Shown piece by piece: positions 38,577 through 46,126 of a DNA stretch of 64,000 bases. The notes under the pieces are model-generated. The model searched no databases. It was not told the DNA's origin and saw only the letters and a program-made list of their open reading frames with translations. The DNA comes from a virus (Duplodnaviria; Heunggongvirae; Uroviricota; Caudoviricetes): the IMG/VR virus record IMGVR_UViG_3300027808_000017, positions 1 to 64,000 of that record, one strand, 5' to 3'. How positions within the stretch are numbered: the stretch's first letter is position 1; each line of letters starts with the position of its first letter. Position numbers and translations under genes: made by a program.

Positions 38577-39095
38577 TTATTGTGATGGGTTTGAGAGGCA
38601 GCTTCTCTGTACTTCGTTTAACATCATATAACGTTCACGCTGTCCGTGATGAATATTATAAATCAAATCGGCAATATTCCGAGTGATACGCATGAATTCT
38701 GGATTACAATGATGTGGGAATGTTTGTACAAATGTTTTCTTTGTATAGTCCCAGTCATTATCCCGCATGATAAATGCATAATGTGTGAGTTCGTGTCCTA
38801 GGCCCCAATCTATCATCTCATAACCATAATGTTTCAGTGTTTCGGGAGAGATGATAATTTGCATATCATAGTCAGAGTTATCTAGTATAGGAAATTGAAA
38901 CATCATTCTTACTCCAGGGGGCAGCGTTTCAACGGTGATTGGTGGCATGGGTAAATCTACAGGAGCGCCCACACGCTGTTTGATAAATTTCCACTCTAGT
39001 TCAATCACTGGCCAATCTAAATCCGATAATATCGGTTGGACGTTGGCTATGGAGCTAGTTAGGCAGAATAGGAACGCCATTGCTATGTATTTCAT
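38577..39095 (-). CDS. secreted HExxH zinc metallopeptidase-like protein
   Basis: signal peptide MKYIAMAFLFCLTSSIANVQP; GLGHELTHYAF. Confidence 0.5.
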   Translation of the reverse strand: MKYIAMAFLFCLTSSIANVQPILSDLDWPVIELEWKFIKQRVGAPVDLPMPPITVETLPPGVRMMFQFPILDNSDYDMQIIISPETLKHYGYEMIDWGLGHELTHYAFIMRDNDWDYTKKTFVQTFPHHCNPEFMRITRNIADLIYNIHHGQRERYMMLNEVQRSCLSNPSQ

Positions 39096-39269
39096 AGTGG
39101 CTCCTTTTAATATAGTATTTATTTAAATTTGCTTGGCAAAGTGTCCTTAGGACCAGTTTTCTTTGCTTCATCCATCATTTTTTCTGTTGCTGGGCTAGTT
39201 CTGTGGGGTACACTGTGATGTTTTTGTGATGGGGGATATTTCGGGGGACTGTGTTTAAACCAACTCATG

Positions 39270-39521
39270 TTATTCTCCTTCTTTTTTTTCGTTTGATTTT
39301 GTTGTTCCGTATTGTATTTGTCGTTGCTTTGCTATTACCATTCTCATACATTGAGTCCTACGTTCATAACTCTTAATCTTATCACAAAATGTAGCACTAC
39401 CTGCATAACTTGCTAGACAGTAGTTTTTGTCATCCTGTACATTCATTTTGGAACAATCATTCATGTCACTGTTGACTGACACTGACACAAACAATAATGA
39501 TAATATGATAATATTTCGCAT
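39270..39521 (-). CDS. secreted Cys-rich small protein
   Basis: start at MRNIIILSLLFVSVSVNS (signal peptide); track start further upstream falls in terminator hairpin. Confidence 0.45.
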   Translation of the reverse strand: MRNIIILSLLFVSVSVNSDMNDCSKMNVQDDKNYCLASYAGSATFCDKIKSYERRTQCMRMVIAKQRQIQYGTTKSNEKKEGE

Positions 39522-39547
39522 ATAGAAAAGCCCCTTACGGGGCGATA
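39522..39547 (-). terminator. rho-independent terminator (minus strand)
   Basis: minus-strand reading: CGCCCCG-TAA-GGGGCT then TTTTCT. Confidence 0.55.
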
Positions 39548-39763
39548 TCATTCTTGCATTTTTCTCTGAATATAACTGTCAATTTTTGACTTTGCATCAT
39601 CTAACGAATTTGCATATATTTTAAAAATACCTTTATTTTTATTAATAGTTACATCGTATGGTATAATACCGTTAAAATTAAATCCTTCAGGAACTTCTAC
39701 TTCTACTTCAAATTGTCTCAGATTTTTAATTCTCTCTAACAATTTTGTCACTAATTCAGCCAT
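39548..39763 (-). CDS. hypothetical protein
   Basis: 71 aa. Confidence 0.45.
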   Translation of the reverse strand: MAELVTKLLERIKNLRQFEVEVEVPEGFNFNGIIPYDVTINKNKGIFKIYANSLDDAKSKIDSYIQRKMQE

Positions 39764-39963
39764 AAATTTCTCCTATATTTTATAGTGTACTATATCTCTT
39801 AGTTATTTATTCTAAATATTTACATGAGTAAATCTTTATTAGACGAACTACGTGAACACTTAGAGGGTATTGAAAACTATTGGCTAGCATTAGCTATAAT
39901 TATGTTATTCTCTTTATTTGCATCAGTATTAACATTATTTGGTGTGTACTTTTATACTCGTCT

Positions 39964-40299
39964 TTAATGTTTTCTAGGATGGTTTATAAACCATCTCTCT
40001 AATTCTTCCAAATTTAAATCACCATCAAAGTGTTTCTTAAATCCCTTATAGAATCTTATCTTTTCTGGATCTCCGTTGAATCGTTCCATGATTTGATCTT
40101 CTTCTAACTGCTCCCGTTGAAACTCTGGTAATATTTCTTTATAGCTGTAATATCCAAATAAAATAAAACAAGCAAGCACTGATGTTATGAAAATGAAGGC
40201 ATATATATAGTCGTGGAAAATAATTAAAATTATAGGTACTAAAAAGACACCAAGAATTGATAGCAAAATTAACGATAGTGTTTTAGTTACTGGATTCAT
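39964..40299 (-). CDS. 2-TM membrane protein
   Basis: TM helices LSLILLSILGVFLVPIILIIF and FIFITSVLACFILFGYY. Confidence 0.45.
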   Translation of the reverse strand: MNPVTKTLSLILLSILGVFLVPIILIIFHDYIYAFIFITSVLACFILFGYYSYKEILPEFQREQLEEDQIMERFNGDPEKIRFYKGFKKHFDGDLNLEELERWFINHPRKH

Positions 40300-41122
40300 T
40301 TTCTGTTTTCTTTCTCTCTTTCTCTGCTAAAAATTCTTCATATTCTTTTAATTTTTTCTGTCGTTCAAACCATTCCTGTTTCCTCAATTCGGCTAGGCGA
40401 GTTTGATATGGTTTATTTTTTATGTCATATCCCCATCTTGTTTGAGCATCATGTGCTATCCACATCATTAACCCACCTATGACTAACATTACAATAATAA
40501 CACCCACACCAAACATAAACTCAAATTGATACTTAGCCATTCTTTGTTTGCGTCTTAATGCTTGTGCCGCCTCTGCTCGCATTTGTTTTGCAACAAGAAT
40601 TTTTTGTTCAGTACCCATTTCTTTAGTCATTAAGTCTACTTCGGTGTACAATGCACCCAGTTCAGGTGGTGATTGGTAGATCATGAGTTCACGCAATTCT
40701 TTACCCATTTGTTCTAATTGCTTTTTCATTAGAACACGTTTTAATGCACGTTTAGCTAAACTATCACCACCACTATATACTTCTGTCTTACTGCGCTTTT
40801 CTTCTTCTTCAAGTACTGCTAGACATTTGAAATAGTTATCGTAGTAAGCGCCCAGACTGTCTCCAATTTCTGTATAGATATTGGTGCTTTCCTCACTACG
40901 TTTGTTTAGTTCTTTTACGCGGGTTTTTTCTTCTGCTAACTGCTTAACCGCGGCAGGTGGAACAGGTTTTCCCTCATACTTTTTATGAAACTGGTCATCT
41001 AAATCTTTTAGTACGCCCTTTACATCACCTGTCGCACTCTTAATGTCTTTATAAAGTTGGCACCCCTTCTTAACGGCTTGTACTGCGCCGTTTGCTAAGG
41101 CAAAGAGGGTAAACGGATCCAT
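40283..41122 (-). CDS. coiled-coil protein with C-proximal TM segment
   Basis: 279 aa; TM FMFGVGVIIVMLVIGGLMMWI. Confidence 0.5.
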   Translation of the reverse strand: MDPFTLFALANGAVQAVKKGCQLYKDIKSATGDVKGVLKDLDDQFHKKYEGKPVPPAAVKQLAEEKTRVKELNKRSEESTNIYTEIGDSLGAYYDNYFKCLAVLEEEEKRSKTEVYSGGDSLAKRALKRVLMKKQLEQMGKELRELMIYQSPPELGALYTEVDLMTKEMGTEQKILVAKQMRAEAAQALRRKQRMAKYQFEFMFGVGVIIVMLVIGGLMMWIAHDAQTRWGYDIKNKPYQTRLAELRKQEWFERQKKLKEYEEFLAEKERKKTENESSN

Positions 41123-41159
41123 AGCGGTCCTTTAGGTGTTAAGGCATAACCGAATCAAA

Positions 41160-41711
41160 TTAGATAGGTAACCAAAGCCAAAGTGCTTGGCTCATTAGTA
41201 TCATTGCTACACCACCTACATATAAACTTGCTGTATATAGACGATTGTTAACTGATAAGATACTTGCTGATAAAAGAACAATAGCAATTTGAAATAAGCT
41301 ACCTGCAAATGTATACCATGGACTACGTAGTTTAGCCACTGCACGTTCATCTTCTAATTTACGTGCTTTAGCCATTAACTCTTTTTTACCTTCACCAGAT
41401 TCTGGATCAGATTCGTAACGGTCAATTTTAGCCTGTAGTCGTGCAACTTTTTCCTTGTCACCTCTAGCTAAGGCATCATCACGTGCCATTTCTGCTAATG
41501 TACCCTTGATACTTTTAGCTTGATAGAAGCTCCAAGTATTGTTAGCATCAATAGTATTGTTCAATACTTTACCACTATTACTACCACCTATATAGGTATT
41601 GATAGCAAGTAGTGCCGCAAATACGACAATAACCCATCCTGCTTTATCCTTGATTAATGCCTCACGCTCTGAACGAGATAGAGGTTTTGCTTCTTGTTTT
41701 ACTTCTGCCAT
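41160..41711 (-). CDS. membrane protein
   Basis: 183 aa; TM near N-term and C-term; RBS AAGGGAG. Confidence 0.5.
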   Translation of the reverse strand: MAEVKQEAKPLSRSEREALIKDKAGWVIVVFAALLAINTYIGGSNSGKVLNNTIDANNTWSFYQAKSIKGTLAEMARDDALARGDKEKVARLQAKIDRYESDPESGEGKKELMAKARKLEDERAVAKLRSPWYTFAGSLFQIAIVLLSASILSVNNRLYTASLYVGGVAMILMSQALWLWLPI

Positions 41712-41772
41712 TTTAGTCTCCCTTATGTTATAATTATTATATTAGTATTTATTGTTTTTTTGCCCAAAATCT

Positions 41773-41802
41773 TTGACAATCATGTGCAAAGTATGATACT
41801 AT
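41773..41802 (+). promoter_or_regulatory. sigma70-type promoter with extended -10
   Basis: TTGACA, ~18-nt spacer, TGaTACTAT; ATG 41809 only ~7 nt downstream. Confidence 0.4.
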
Positions 41803-41808
41803 TATATT

Positions 41809-42336
41809 ATGAAATTAAACATGCCACATTTATACCTAGACATGGACGGTGTCCAAGCAGACTTATTCACCGAAGTAGCACATAGATGCGGAGTCAAACA
41901 TTGGGATGATATACCAGATCATGATGAAGTTTTTAACAAACTAAGTTTACAAGGCCCAGAGGTTGCCTATGAATTATTTCGTGTATTGAAACCATTATCC
42001 GGTGGACAAGTTATTGTCAACTGGCTACATGATAGCAAAATACCGTTCACTGTATTAAGTGCCCCATTACGCAATGAAGGTGATGCAAGTGTTAGGGCAA
42101 AACGTGATTGGCTAGATGAGTTTAATCCCGGAACCAGTCAAAATGCTATCTTTACTAAACGCAAATTCAAATATGCAATATCAGATGGACAACCTAATGT
42201 ACTAGTAGATGACTTTAACTATTATCTAAACAGTTGGGCAGAAGCCGGTGGTATTGCAGTCAAGCATAGTGATGCAACTACTGAACATACCATAATGCAG
42301 TTGAACAAAATCTATAAGCCTTATCTAAATAACTAA
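41809..42336 (+). CDS. 5'(3')-deoxyribonucleotidase-like HAD phosphatase
   Basis: HAD motif I LYLDMDGVQADLF near N-terminus (cf. DMDGVLAD of dNT-type nucleotidases). Confidence 0.55.
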   Translation: MKLNMPHLYLDMDGVQADLFTEVAHRCGVKHWDDIPDHDEVFNKLSLQGPEVAYELFRVLKPLSGGQVIVNWLHDSKIPFTVLSAPLRNEGDASVRAKRDWLDEFNPGTSQNAIFTKRKFKYAISDGQPNVLVDDFNYYLNSWAEAGGIAVKHSDATTEHTIMQLNKIYKPYLNN

Positions 42337-42343
42337 ATATTAG

Positions 42344-42532
42344 ATGAGCAAAAAACTGCCTGAAGGAAAGATCCAAAGTTACGAGGTCATATCTCACAAA
42401 GATGAGAATGGTGACATGTTGATGCCTATACCAAAATCTTTATTGAAAGAATTAGGTTGGAAACCCGGTGACAACATTGAATTTGGACTTGATACTAAAG
42501 GTCAGTTTATTTTAACGAGAAAAGAAGAATGA
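42344..42532 (+). CDS. SpoVT/AbrB (MazE-like) swapped-hairpin domain protein
   Basis: MLMPIPKSLLKELGWKPGDNIEFGLDTKGQFILTRKEE; homologous to N-terminus of 58775-59257(-). Confidence 0.45.
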   Translation: MSKKLPEGKIQSYEVISHKDENGDMLMPIPKSLLKELGWKPGDNIEFGLDTKGQFILTRKEE

Positions 42533-42954
42533 GTTACGTTTACACTAGTCCCGGGATGACCCCAACCGCAGTACCAACAATAACCGTTTCTACCGTTTCA
42601 CCCAACACAGTTACTTATCCTAATCAAATAAATTGGGGTACCATGTCTACCGGTGGTAATGGTAGTACTGGTACTTACACCATTGCAACTGATCCCAATC
42701 TTAAAGGTGCATCATTACAAATTAAAGGTAATGCAGAGTTTGAAGGTGATGTTACTTTTGAGGGTGACGTTGCTATTAAAGGTAAGTCAATCAAAGAGTC
42801 ACTATTAGCTATTGAGGAACGGTTAGCCATACTACACCCAAATATAGAACTAGAGAAGAAATGGAACAACTTGCGAGAACTACGTAAACAATACATGGAA
42901 CTTGAAGCCGAAATTATAGAAAAAGAGAAGATGTGGGCTATACTGAAAAAGTAG
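42529..42954 (+). CDS. hypothetical protein with Thr-rich / fibre-like N-half and coiled-coil C-half
   Basis: GNAEFEGDVTFEGDVAIKG repeats then heptad-rich tail. Confidence 0.45.
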   Translation: MSYVYTSPGMTPTAVPTITVSTVSPNTVTYPNQINWGTMSTGGNGSTGTYTIATDPNLKGASLQIKGNAEFEGDVTFEGDVAIKGKSIKESLLAIEERLAILHPNIELEKKWNNLRELRKQYMELEAEIIEKEKMWAILKK

Positions 42955-42957
42955 TAC

Positions 42958-42986
42958 TTGACAGTAATTGGGCTTTAGTCTATAAT
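42958..42986 (+). promoter_or_regulatory. sigma70-type promoter
   Basis: TTGACA-17-TATAAT. Confidence 0.55.
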
Positions 42987-43018
42987 ATGTACATGTTCAA
43001 CACTATGACTCACACATT

Positions 43019-43408
43019 ATGACTATGCATCTTGAGGGCCCATGGCTCAGTCTTGGCGGCAAACGTAAAGGCAAGGTTAAGTTCCGCAATGCTGAACAAG
43101 CAAAGAAAGCAAGAGAATTGGAAGAATCTTGGAAAGAAATGCTGAAACGCCAAGGCGTTGAAGCCGAAGAAAAGAAACGTGCTAAGGCACTTAAGGCTCC
43201 TACACTTACATATAAATTGTCTGCACCTCCAGGACGTGAGACACAAAAAATCAAAAGTCTAAGCACACCCGGTGGTTCTACTGCCGCTGTTCACAAAGTG
43301 TACACTGGTGACAAAATCATTGGTATCGCTACTATGCACAAATCAAATGCTGTGCCTGTGTTTAGCAATGAACAAGCGGTAGAAATTTCAAGGATGCGCC
43401 GTGGCTAG
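43019..43408 (+). CDS. hypothetical basic protein (G+C-richer)
   Basis: 129 aa. Confidence 0.45.
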   Translation: MTMHLEGPWLSLGGKRKGKVKFRNAEQAKKARELEESWKEMLKRQGVEAEEKKRAKALKAPTLTYKLSAPPGRETQKIKSLSTPGGSTAAVHKVYTGDKIIGIATMHKSNAVPVFSNEQAVEISRMRRG

Positions 43409-43664
43409 ATGCACCTACTACGGCGTCAAAGGCGACTATGCGTGGAAATTGGCATTGGACAATAAATTGCGCTCGACCAATATCAACCACATTCCCCGAC
43501 TCATGCGTGAAAGCGATCAAGTGTGGTATCAAGGTCCTCGTGGCGGTGTGCAGTTGGCCAAGGGTGCATACTGGAACTACTGGGCCACCTATCTGCGCCA
43601 GGATTCAGAAAAAATGAAAGAATTCATATGGATCAAGTTAAAAGCAAAGGAGTTGCGATTTTAA
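43401..43664 (+). CDS. hypothetical protein
   Basis: 87 aa. Confidence 0.45.
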   Translation: MARCTYYGVKGDYAWKLALDNKLRSTNINHIPRLMRESDQVWYQGPRGGVQLAKGAYWNYWATYLRQDSEKMKEFIWIKLKAKELRF

Positions 43665-43880
43665 ATGGCAAAAGAAGAGGGTATTAAAATGGACGGCAAG
43701 GTAGTAGATGTACTACCTAATGCCGTTTTTAAAGTAGTAATGGAAGCTGGTCCTATCATAACAGGATACATCAGCGGCCGCATGCGTAAGCATGATATTA
43801 AAATTTTATTGGGTGATACTGTTGAAGTTGAATTCAGCCCATATGATTTGACTAAAGGTCGTATAACCCGTAGACGGTAA
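43665..43880 (+). CDS. infA: translation initiation factor IF-1
   Basis: 71 aa S1-like OB fold: [63 protein letters not shown] aligns end-to-end with bacterial IF-1. Confidence 0.85.
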   Translation: MAKEEGIKMDGKVVDVLPNAVFKVVMEAGPIITGYISGRMRKHDIKILLGDTVEVEFSPYDLTKGRITRRR

Positions 43881-43923
43881 GTTGTAACAGTATTGTCACA
43901 TATATCCCAATAAATATGGGTAT

Positions 43924-44808
43924 ATGCAAAAAACTTACCGCAGTATTTTCATTAGCGATGTACACTTAGGTACAAAAGATTGTCAAGCAGGAAAATTAAA
44001 CAATTTCCTCAAGCACAATTCGTGCGATACCCTATATCTTGTGGGTGATATAATTGATGCATGGAAAATACAACAAAACAAATGGCGTTGGAAACAATCA
44101 CACACCAACGTAGTACGCAGAGTATTAGGTCATGCCAAGCGTGGCACTAAAGTAATATTCATTGCAGGCAATCACGATGAATTCTTAAGACCAATGATAC
44201 CCTATGGTTTCAGTTTTGGCTTAATAGAAATACACAATCAAATAGAGCATATAGGTGCAGACGGTAAACATTATCTTGTCACTCACGGAGACATGTTTGA
44301 TGGCCTTACAAGACTAGCACCCTGGTTATCATTCTTAGGAGACAAAGCATATGATTTCATTCTTAGCCTCAATAGCAAACTTGCTTGGATTCGTCGCCGT
44401 ATGGGTTTTGGGTACTTTAGCCTTAGCCGTTTTCTTAAGCACAGGGTCAAAAAAGCAGTAGATTTTATTTTTAAGTTTGAAGAAAACTTAGCTAAGTATT
44501 GCAAGAAGCGTGGATTTGATGGAGTGATATGCGGTCACATACATCACGCAGAAATAAAAGATATAGATGGTGTAACTTATATGAATGACGGTGATTGGGT
44601 AGAGAGTTGTACTGCGCTAGTAGAACATCATGATGGTCGTTGGGAAATAATAACTTGGACACAGGAGAGTGACAATGTGGATAATGATATTGATAGCAGT
44701 ACACGTGAACAACCCACAGGATCAACCAGGAAGAATAGAACTGACATTCAACGACCAAAAGAGTTGCGAACAAGCGTTGTTGACAATGAAGTACGAATTA
44801 AAATTTAA
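43924..44808 (+). CDS. LpxH-family metallophosphoesterase
   Basis: ISDVHLG, GDIIDAW, AGNHDEF, THGD, CGHIHH, DGDW - same motif order as LpxH; acidic C-terminal extension. Confidence 0.55.
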   Translation: MQKTYRSIFISDVHLGTKDCQAGKLNNFLKHNSCDTLYLVGDIIDAWKIQQNKWRWKQSHTNVVRRVLGHAKRGTKVIFIAGNHDEFLRPMIPYGFSFGLIEIHNQIEHIGADGKHYLVTHGDMFDGLTRLAPWLSFLGDKAYDFILSLNSKLAWIRRRMGFGYFSLSRFLKHRVKKAVDFIFKFEENLAKYCKKRGFDGVICGHIHHAEIKDIDGVTYMNDGDWVESCTALVEHHDGRWEIITWTQESDNVDNDIDSSTREQPTGSTRKNRTDIQRPKELRTSVVDNEVRIKI

Positions 44809-44829
44809 GAGTTTTAAGGTAGAAGGAAA

Positions 44830-45549
44830 ATGTCAGAAACAATACTAAGTGAAAAAATTACAATCGTTGTGCCATGTAAGAATGAAGAAAATTACATCGC
44901 ACATCTACTGATGCATCTACGCAATCAACTGATAGGTAGTACCAAAATCATTATTGCAGATTGTTCTACTGACAATACCCGTGAAGTTATTCAAGCAACA
45001 AAGGGTAGATTAAATGTAGAAATCATTGACGGTGGACCTGTTAGCATTGCAAAGAATCGTGGTGCTAAATTAGTAACTACTCCCTACATTCTATTCATTG
45101 ACGCTGATGTTCGTTTCTTTAAAGAGACAGTTATCCGTGATTCAGTCAATGAGATGGAGTCAAAGAACTTAGATTTAATCGGACTAAACATCAAATGCTA
45201 TGACCATGACAAACGTACTAGTATTGGATTTGCTGTTTTCAACGGAATCAACCGTATATTAAAACACTTTAGTCCATTTGCTGTGGGTGCTTTCATGCTA
45301 ACACGCAGAGATAGATTTGAAGAATTCGGGGGATTCCCTGAAAAGATGTCAACATCCGAAGACTATTTCCTATCCAGAAAGTACAGCCCCAAAAAGTTTA
45401 GAATTATTAAACATCATTTTGGTCAAGATAGTCGCAGATTTAAGAAGATGGGTTATTTTGGAATGGCTACATATCTTGTTAAGAACTTTGTTAACCGAAA
45501 CAATAAGAAATACTGGGATAGTTTAGACTCATCTAAGTATTGGAGCTAA
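44830..45549 (+). CDS. family 2 glycosyltransferase
   Basis: ITIVVPCKNEENYI N-terminus, DAD (DxD) motif, 239 aa. Confidence 0.65.
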   Translation: MSETILSEKITIVVPCKNEENYIAHLLMHLRNQLIGSTKIIIADCSTDNTREVIQATKGRLNVEIIDGGPVSIAKNRGAKLVTTPYILFIDADVRFFKETVIRDSVNEMESKNLDLIGLNIKCYDHDKRTSIGFAVFNGINRILKHFSPFAVGAFMLTRRDRFEEFGGFPEKMSTSEDYFLSRKYSPKKFRIIKHHFGQDSRRFKKMGYFGMATYLVKNFVNRNNKKYWDSLDSSKYWS

Positions 45550-45574
45550 TGTAAGTTGCGATAAATACTCTACT

Positions 45575-46126
45575 ATGTACGATATTGTAGAGAAAATCAG
45601 TGAATCCAGAACAAAAAAATTAGAGATAGTCAAGCTATCCTATGACCTTTCCGACCTCAATCCAGTATTAAGCAAAAAGACAATGGATTATCACTATGGG
45701 GATTTAGCCCATGGATATGCATCCCGATACAACAAGGGTGAGGGTGACAAAGATTTCAATTATGCGGGTGCTTTCCTGCACAACATTTATTTTCCGCAGT
45801 TTCGCAAAATACAAGAAGATAACACTCCTAACGGTCCTGTACTAGGAATCATTAAGCGTAAGTACGATTGGTGGAGAGATTTTAAAGAACAATTCAAACA
45901 AGAAGCCATGAAGATACAGGGTAGTGGTTGGATTTATATGAGTTATACAGGTGAGATAAAGACTATTGTTAACCACGAGGTTCGTGAAGATATTCTTATT
46001 CTAGTTGACTGGTGGGAACATGCTTGGGCCTTAGACTATCAAGCAGATAAAAAAGGTTACTTAGAAAACATTTGGAAGATAATGAACTGGAGTCACATCA
46101 ATACCCGCTGGGGGAAGAATTTATGA
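45575..46126 (+). CDS. Fe/Mn superoxide dismutase homolog
   Basis: SKKTMDYHYGDLAHGY ~ QTMEIHHTKHHQTY; GSGWIYM ~ GSGWAWL; DWWEHAWALDYQ...IWKIMNW ~ DVWEHAYYLKFQ...FWNVVNW. Confidence 0.6.
   Translation: MYDIVEKISESRTKKLEIVKLSYDLSDLNPVLSKKTMDYHYGDLAHGYASRYNKGEGDKDFNYAGAFLHNIYFPQFRKIQEDNTPNGPVLGIIKRKYDWWRDFKEQFKQEAMKIQGSGWIYMSYTGEIKTIVNHEVREDILILVDWWEHAWALDYQADKKGYLENIWKIMNWSHINTRWGKNL

Noticed and set aside
42344-42532. Calling a toxin-antitoxin system from the AbrB/MazE-like ORF
   Set aside because: No PIN, MazF or other toxin-like partner is adjacent to either AbrB-like copy, so a TA call is unsupported.
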